From assembly GCA_035457605.1 (NCBI GenBank), contig DATIBI010000245.1, forward strand, positions 1 through 50,921: a stretch of 50,921 nt of DNA. The letters run 5' to 3'. The translations under genes were made by a program, and so were the position numbers. How positions within the stretch are numbered: the first letter of the stretch is position 1; the number at the start of each line of letters is the position of its first letter. This document shows positions 46,595 through 50,921 of this stretch, piece by piece. A model generated the notes under the pieces. That model was not told the DNA's origin, did not search any database, and saw nothing but the letters and a program-made list of their open reading frames with translations. This DNA is from Nocardioidaceae bacterium (lineage in GTDB: Bacteria; Actinomycetota; Actinomycetes; Propionibacteriales; Nocardioidaceae).

Positions 46595-46790
46595 GTGTTC
46601 TCCTCGCTCGGGTACGAGTTCCATGCCGAGCAGGTCTACGCGGCCGCGGAGCGGCGAGGCTACGAGATCGCTCGCCTGGAGGGCCGCGGGACGGCGGGTG
46701 CAGGTCGGTCAGGACGAGGCGGCCACCTGGACCGTGCTCGCCGACCCGCTGGGCAGCGAGTTCTGCGTCCTCAGCTCCCGGGACATGTGG
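46595..46790 (+). pseudogene. chimeric remnant: possible LacI fragment joined to a frameshifted VOC/glyoxalase C-terminus
   Basis: EFHAEQVYAAAERRGYE, then EIARLEG, then in another frame RRVQVGQ..WTVLADPLGSEFCVL (VOC signature). Confidence 0.5.
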
Positions 46791-46805
46791 CCGGCCGGCC
46801 GGCGG

Positions 46806-47453
46806 TCATCTCCTGCGTGCCATGACGAAGCCCTGTGGCGTCCGCTCGTACTCGTCCTCGGGCTCGCGGACCAGCCGTGCGTGCACGTAGAAGCCCGCCT
46901 CGGTCAGCAGCTCCTCGACCCGGTCCGGGGACAGTCGGTGCCCGTCCAGCGACACCGGATGGCCGTAGGCGTGCTCGCGGTGGACGGAGTCCGTGCCGAC
47001 CTGGAACGCGAGCAGAAGGTGGCCGCCGGGCGCCAGGACCCGGTGCAGCTCGCCGAAGAGGTCGGGCAGCAGCTCCCGGGGCGTGTGGATGATCGAGTAC
47101 CACGCCAGCGCACCGGCGAGCCCGCCGTCGGGGAGGTCCAGGGCCAGCATCGAGCCCACTTCGAACCGGAGCCCGGGGTGGCGACGCCGCGCCTCCGCGA
47201 CCATGCCGGGGGAGAGGTCCACCCCGAACGCGTCGAGCCCGAGGCCGTGGAGGTGCGCGGTGACCCGACCGGGCCCGCAGCCGAGGTCGGCGACCGGGCC
47301 GGGACCGTGGGCGCGGACCCGCTCGGCGAACGCGGCCAGCATGGCGCGGTCCAGCGCCTTGGCGGCGAGCTCGCCCTCCAGGAGCGCGGCGTAGTCGACG
47401 GCGACGGTGTCGTAGGACGTGCGGACGGCGTTCAGGTAGGAAGGCTCCGGCAT
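46806..47453 (-). CDS. class I SAM-dependent methyltransferase
   Basis: VADLGCGPG, GVDLSPGM, WYSIIH, RVLAPGG. Confidence 0.92.
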   Translation of the reverse strand: MPEPSYLNAVRTSYDTVAVDYAALLEGELAAKALDRAMLAAFAERVRAHGPGPVADLGCGPGRVTAHLHGLGLDAFGVDLSPGMVAEARRRHPGLRFEVGSMLALDLPDGGLAGALAWYSIIHTPRELLPDLFGELHRVLAPGGHLLLAFQVGTDSVHREHAYGHPVSLDGHRLSPDRVEELLTEAGFYVHARLVREPEDEYERTPQGFVMARRR

Positions 47454-47461
47454 GGGACGCG

Positions 47462-47935
47462 TCAGGCCCGGCCCTGCTCGGCGGTCGCCTTCAACCGGGC
47501 CAGGCCCTTCTCGAAGTCCGGCCCGATCATCTTGTCCATCGAGGTGAACAGGCCCATCACCTTGGTCATCAGCGTCTTCCGGCCGGTCATCGTCCAGGTG
47601 ACGCGGGACCCGTTGCCGTCGGGCTCGATGGCGAACGCCGTGTCGTTGCGGGCCCTGAACGGCTTCTCGAAGACGAGGTCGATGCGCACGGTCGAGGGCT
47701 CGGTCGCCTCCACGATCTCCATCCGGCCCTGGCCTGCCTTGCGGTTGCCGGACCAGGCGTACACCGCTCCGGTGCCGGCGTCGGCTCCCGAGTAGGTACG
47801 CCGCAGCTCCGGATCGACGTCCTCCCAGGGGGACCAGCTCGTCCAGCGGTGGAAGTCGGCGACCTGCTCGAAGACGCGCTCCGGCGGAGCGGCGATCGTG
47901 GCCGAGCGCTGCACGGTGTAGGTGTCGTCGGACAT
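47462..47935 (-). CDS. SRPBCC (polyketide cyclase/dehydrase-like) protein
   Basis: WSPW, YAWSGN..AG.G, FEKPF, VTWTM, IGPDFEKGLARLK. TAGGCT 6 nt before the ATG. Confidence 0.92.
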   Translation of the reverse strand: MSDDTYTVQRSATIAAPPERVFEQVADFHRWTSWSPWEDVDPELRRTYSGADAGTGAVYAWSGNRKAGQGRMEIVEATEPSTVRIDLVFEKPFRARNDTAFAIEPDGNGSRVTWTMTGRKTLMTKVMGLFTSMDKMIGPDFEKGLARLKATAEQGRA

Positions 47936-47987
47936 GGCCGCAGCCTAGTGACGACGCCGAGGTGTCGACAGGTGCGACACGTCCGCG

Positions 47988-48183
47988 GCGGCGACCGGCC
48001 GCCGTACCGGCATGACTCCTGAAAGTGGTCACTTCTGACACCTACGCGGCGACCGGCCGCCGTACCGGCATGACTCCTGAAAGTGGTCAATTCCGACACC
48101 TACGCGGCGACCGGATCCGCCCGGGGTGACCACTTTCAGGCGAGGCGGCCCGGAGTGACCACTTTCAGGCAAGGCGGCCCGGG
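47988..48183. repeat. REP/BIME-like composite repeat
   Basis: 58-bp unit at 47988, 48046 and partial 48104 carrying CCTGAAAGTGGTCA, then two 29-bp units carrying its reverse complement TGACCACTTTCAGG (48127, 48156). Confidence 0.85.
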
Positions 48184-48239
48184 CAGCTTTCGGGCGAGGC
48201 GGTCCGGGCAGCGGTCAGGCGAGGCGGTCCGACCAACGG

Positions 48240-48635
48240 TCAGGGGTTCTGGACCGCGTACACCGTCTTGCTGGTGTCGCCCTTGCAGCCCTCGATCTTG
48301 CGCACCCGTGCGTAGAAGTAGCCCTCCGTGCCGGTGTTGCCGGTGGACCAGGCGTAGACCGAGCCCTGCTTGGAGGCGGTGTCGCTGGCGAACCTGATGT
48401 CGTCGCCACCGCCACGGGTCCCGATCTGCTGCCAGACCACGACCTTGCGGCCGTCGGAGCACTTCTTCGGCTCCGTGCTCTTCACCAGGCCGGAGAGGTC
48501 GGTGCCCTCCGCCTTGATGGTGACCGTCGTGGCCACGGGGGCCGCGGCTTCGGCGCCGACCGCGGCTCCGGAGAGGACCCCGACGGAGAGGACTCCGAGG
48601 GCGAGGACCGGGACGAGCAGGATTCTGCCTTTCAT
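48240..48635 (-). CDS. small secreted Ig-like/beta-rich protein
   Basis: Signal peptide, one Cys pair, GGAGG RBS. Confidence 0.85.
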   Translation of the reverse strand: MKGRILLVPVLALGVLSVGVLSGAAVGAEAAAPVATTVTIKAEGTDLSGLVKSTEPKKCSDGRKVVVWQQIGTRGGGDDIRFASDTASKQGSVYAWSTGNTGTEGYFYARVRKIEGCKGDTSKTVYAVQNP

Positions 48636-48796
48636 GACGTACCTCCCAGGGCAGGCGCCATCCTCACAGCGAGCCTAGGAGCGTGCCCGCCGGGCAGGTA
48701 GAGCACGGCCGGGCCATCGACCACCCCTCAGTCGGCCAACACCTCGTCGAGGCGCTCGTAGCTCTCGCGGACGCCGTGCTCTATCCCGGCCGGTGG

Positions 48797-49459
48797 TCAA
48801 CCACCTGGTTGAGAACGATCCGTGCGCACGGCGGCGGAGATGTGCCGGCGGGCCCGGTCGGCCAGCACGCGCGGCTCGTCGGCCCAGAAGCTGAGCTCGG
48901 TGAACTCGACCGGACCGTGATGGGTCGAGATCGTCATCGGCTCGCGCAACGACGCGTGCACCACGACCCGGGCGGAGACGCCGACCTGCAGGTCGGTGCC
49001 GGACTCGGTCTCGCGCGGCTGGAGGGTGCGGATCGCGGACGGCAGGTCCCGGTCATCGACCTTCACCGACGCGACGTTCGCCCACGGCACGCGGATGTCG
49101 ACCGACGCGCCGTGCCGCACGCGCAGGTGCGAGTCGCTCAGCTGGTGCGGGTAGACCTGCAGGCTGGCGAGCAGGCCCACCATCCAGGCCAGGCCCCACA
49201 CGCCGACGACGAGCAGGAAGATCCGGACCGTCTCCCACGGGACGAGGACGTGGACCAGCGGCAGCTCGGCCGCGGAGGCGAAGATCCACAGCCACATCAC
49301 GGGGGTGACCGCCTGCGCGTAGCCGAACGGCTCGACCTCGGGGCCGCCGCGGTCCACGCGGCGGGTGACCCAGCGGAACAGGCTGCGGTAGAGCCGCAGC
49401 TCGAACACCACCGCCCGTCGCGCCAGCGCCGCCACCGTGCGCACGCTCAGGTCAGGCAT
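48797..49459 (-). CDS. membrane protein with bPH-like C-terminal domain
   Basis: Two TM segments, then HQL...LRVRHGA..IPW pattern. Overlaps the marR stop. Confidence 0.75.
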   Translation of the reverse strand: MPDLSVRTVAALARRAVVFELRLYRSLFRWVTRRVDRGGPEVEPFGYAQAVTPVMWLWIFASAAELPLVHVLVPWETVRIFLLVVGVWGLAWMVGLLASLQVYPHQLSDSHLRVRHGASVDIRVPWANVASVKVDDRDLPSAIRTLQPRETESGTDLQVGVSARVVVHASLREPMTISTHHGPVEFTELSFWADEPRVLADRARRHISAAVRTDRSQPGG

Positions 49460-49916
49460 CGGTCACCTCCAGGTCCTCGAGCTCCAGGCGAGCCCGCAGT
49501 CGGGTCACGACCTCGTCCAGCGCCCCGGTGAAGCAGGCGAACGCCTCGTCGGACAGGCCGCCGAACAGCACCTCGGCCAGCTCGACGTGGCCCTCGGCCA
49601 TCGCCGTCACCACGGTTCTCCCGTGCTGGGTCAACGAGACCAGCGCCGCGCGTCGGTCGGTCGGGTGCGGCTCCCGGGTCACGAAGCCGGTGCTCACCAG
49701 GGCGTCGACCAGCCCGGTGACGTTGCGCGCCGAGACGCCCATGGCCTCGGCGAGCACCCGCTGGGTGGACGGCCCTCGGTGGCGCAGCTCCCACAGCAGG
49801 TGGGCGCGTGAGGGGGTGAGTCCCTCCCGGGACATCCAGGCGGTCATGTCGCTGTTGAGCAACGCGTTCAGCTCCAGCACCCGGTCCAGGGCCGAGGTCC
49901 GCGGCTTCGAGGTCAT
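49452..49916 (-). CDS. MarR-family transcriptional regulator
   Basis: [40 protein letters not shown]. Confidence 0.93.
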   Translation of the reverse strand: MTSKPRTSALDRVLELNALLNSDMTAWMSREGLTPSRAHLLWELRHRGPSTQRVLAEAMGVSARNVTGLVDALVSTGFVTREPHPTDRRAALVSLTQHGRTVVTAMAEGHVELAEVLFGGLSDEAFACFTGALDEVVTRLRARLELEDLEVTDA

Positions 49917-49917
49917 G

Positions 49918-49936
49918 TAGTGAATATACTTCACTA
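49918..49936. promoter_or_regulatory. MarR operator TAGTGAA-N5-TTCACTA over the leaderless -10 (TATATT)
   Basis: Inverted repeat immediately upstream of the marR ATG. Confidence 0.75.
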
Positions 49937-50036
49937 TGTCGGTGGTTCGCAGACTGGGTGTGGTCAGCGTCCGGTGCGGTCTCTAGGGTCGGTGAGGTCG
50001 AGGCATCACCGACCCGAGCAGGGGGTACGCCGCACC

Positions 50037-50921
50037 ATGGAACGGATCGAGAGCGCCCCGCTCGGGCCGGCAGACCTCGAGTCCGCCGACGCGTTCTGGA
50101 GGGCGGCCAACTACCTGGCGGTGGGCCAGATCTACCTGATGGCGGGCAACCCGCTGCTGCGCAAGCCGCTCACCCCCGCAGGCATCAAGCCGCGGTTGCT
50201 CGGCCACTGGGGGACCACGCCGGGGCTGAACATGGTCTTCACCCACGTCCAGCGGCTGATCCGGGAGCGCGACCTGGACATGCTGGTGGTCGTCGGCCCC
50301 GGGCACGGCGGCCCGGCCGCGGTGGCGAACTCCTGGCTCGAGGGCTCGTGGTCGCAGGTCTACCCCGCGGTCGGCCAGGACGAGGACGGGATGGGCCGGC
50401 TGTTCCAGCAGTTCTCCTTCCCCGGCGGCATCCCCAGCCACGTGGCGGCCGACGTACCCGGCTCCATCCACGAGGGCGGCGAGCTCGGCTACGCGCTCTC
50501 CCACGCCTTCGGGGCCGCCTTCGACAACCCGGACCTGCTCGTCGCCTGCGTGATCGGTGACGGCGAGGCGGAGACCGGTGCGCTGGCCGCCTCCTGGCAC
50601 GGCTGCCGGTTCCTCGACCCGACCCGGGACGGCGCGGTGCTGCCGATCCTGCACCTCAACGGCTGGAAGATCGCGAACCCGACGGTGCTCGACCGGATCG
50701 GCGACGACGACCTCGACGCGCTGCTTCGCGGCTACGGCTACGAGCCGTTCCTGGTCGAGGGGGACCAGCCCGAGCACGTGCACCAGGCGCTGGCCGGGAC
50801 GCTCGACCACTGCGCCGACCGGATCCGCGACCTCCAGCAGACGGCGCGCGGCGGGCGGTCCACCTCCTACCAGCGCTGGCCGATGATCGTGCTGCGCACG
50901 CCCAAGGGCTGGACCGGGCCG
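50037..50921 (+). CDS. xfp: phosphoketolase (xylulose-5-P/fructose-6-P), 5' part, runs off the window
   Basis: [61 protein letters not shown]. Absent from the ORF track because it has no stop in the window. Confidence 0.96.
   Translation, partial: MERIESAPLGPADLESADAFWRAANYLAVGQIYLMAGNPLLRKPLTPAGIKPRLLGHWGTTPGLNMVFTHVQRLIRERDLDMLVVVGPGHGGPAAVANSWLEGSWSQVYPAVGQDEDGMGRLFQQFSFPGGIPSHVAADVPGSIHEGGELGYALSHAFGAAFDNPDLLVACVIGDGEAETGALAASWHGCRFLDPTRDGAVLPILHLNGWKIANPTVLDRIGDDDLDALLRGYGYEPFLVEGDQPEHVHQALAGTLDHCADRIRDLQQTARGGRSTSYQRWPMIVLRTPKGWTGP

Noticed and set aside
47988-48183. Possible CRISPR array
   Set aside because: The sequences between cores are near-identical rather than unique spacers, the cores invert, and there are no cas genes.

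Overview
High-GC actinobacterial (Nocardioides-like, by gene content) chromosomal segment of about 55 mostly accessory and metabolic genes. I found no rRNA, tRNA, CRISPR array or transposase. The main modules are: a membrane protein/CYP102-type P450-reductase fusion/divergent zwf operon; RNase HI; a fluoride-riboswitch-controlled crcB-DUF190-crcB operon; two ECF sigma/anti-sigma loci; a Tat-exported vanadium-haloperoxidase-family enzyme; a LacI-regulated GH32/ABC fructoside locus; a PucR-regulated operon; a redox/sugar-oxidation gene block; a decayed inositol-type locus; a REP/BIME-like repeat; and the 5' part of a phosphoketolase. Two candidates for an undescribed system stand out. (1) The PucR operon (26.4-33.0 kb) encodes a urease paralogue that keeps all metal ligands but has a rebuilt substrate pocket and flap, has no ureDEFG in the window, and is co-transcribed with a YtcJ/NfdA-like amidohydrolase and an MHS transporter. 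(2) An ECF regulon can be read directly from a repeated GT(A/G)ACG-N16-(G/A)GAC motif that precedes every transcription unit at 36.4-45.6 kb and also a distant zinc-ribbon microprotein. All family calls come from motif recognition, not database searches, and start codons were chosen by eye.
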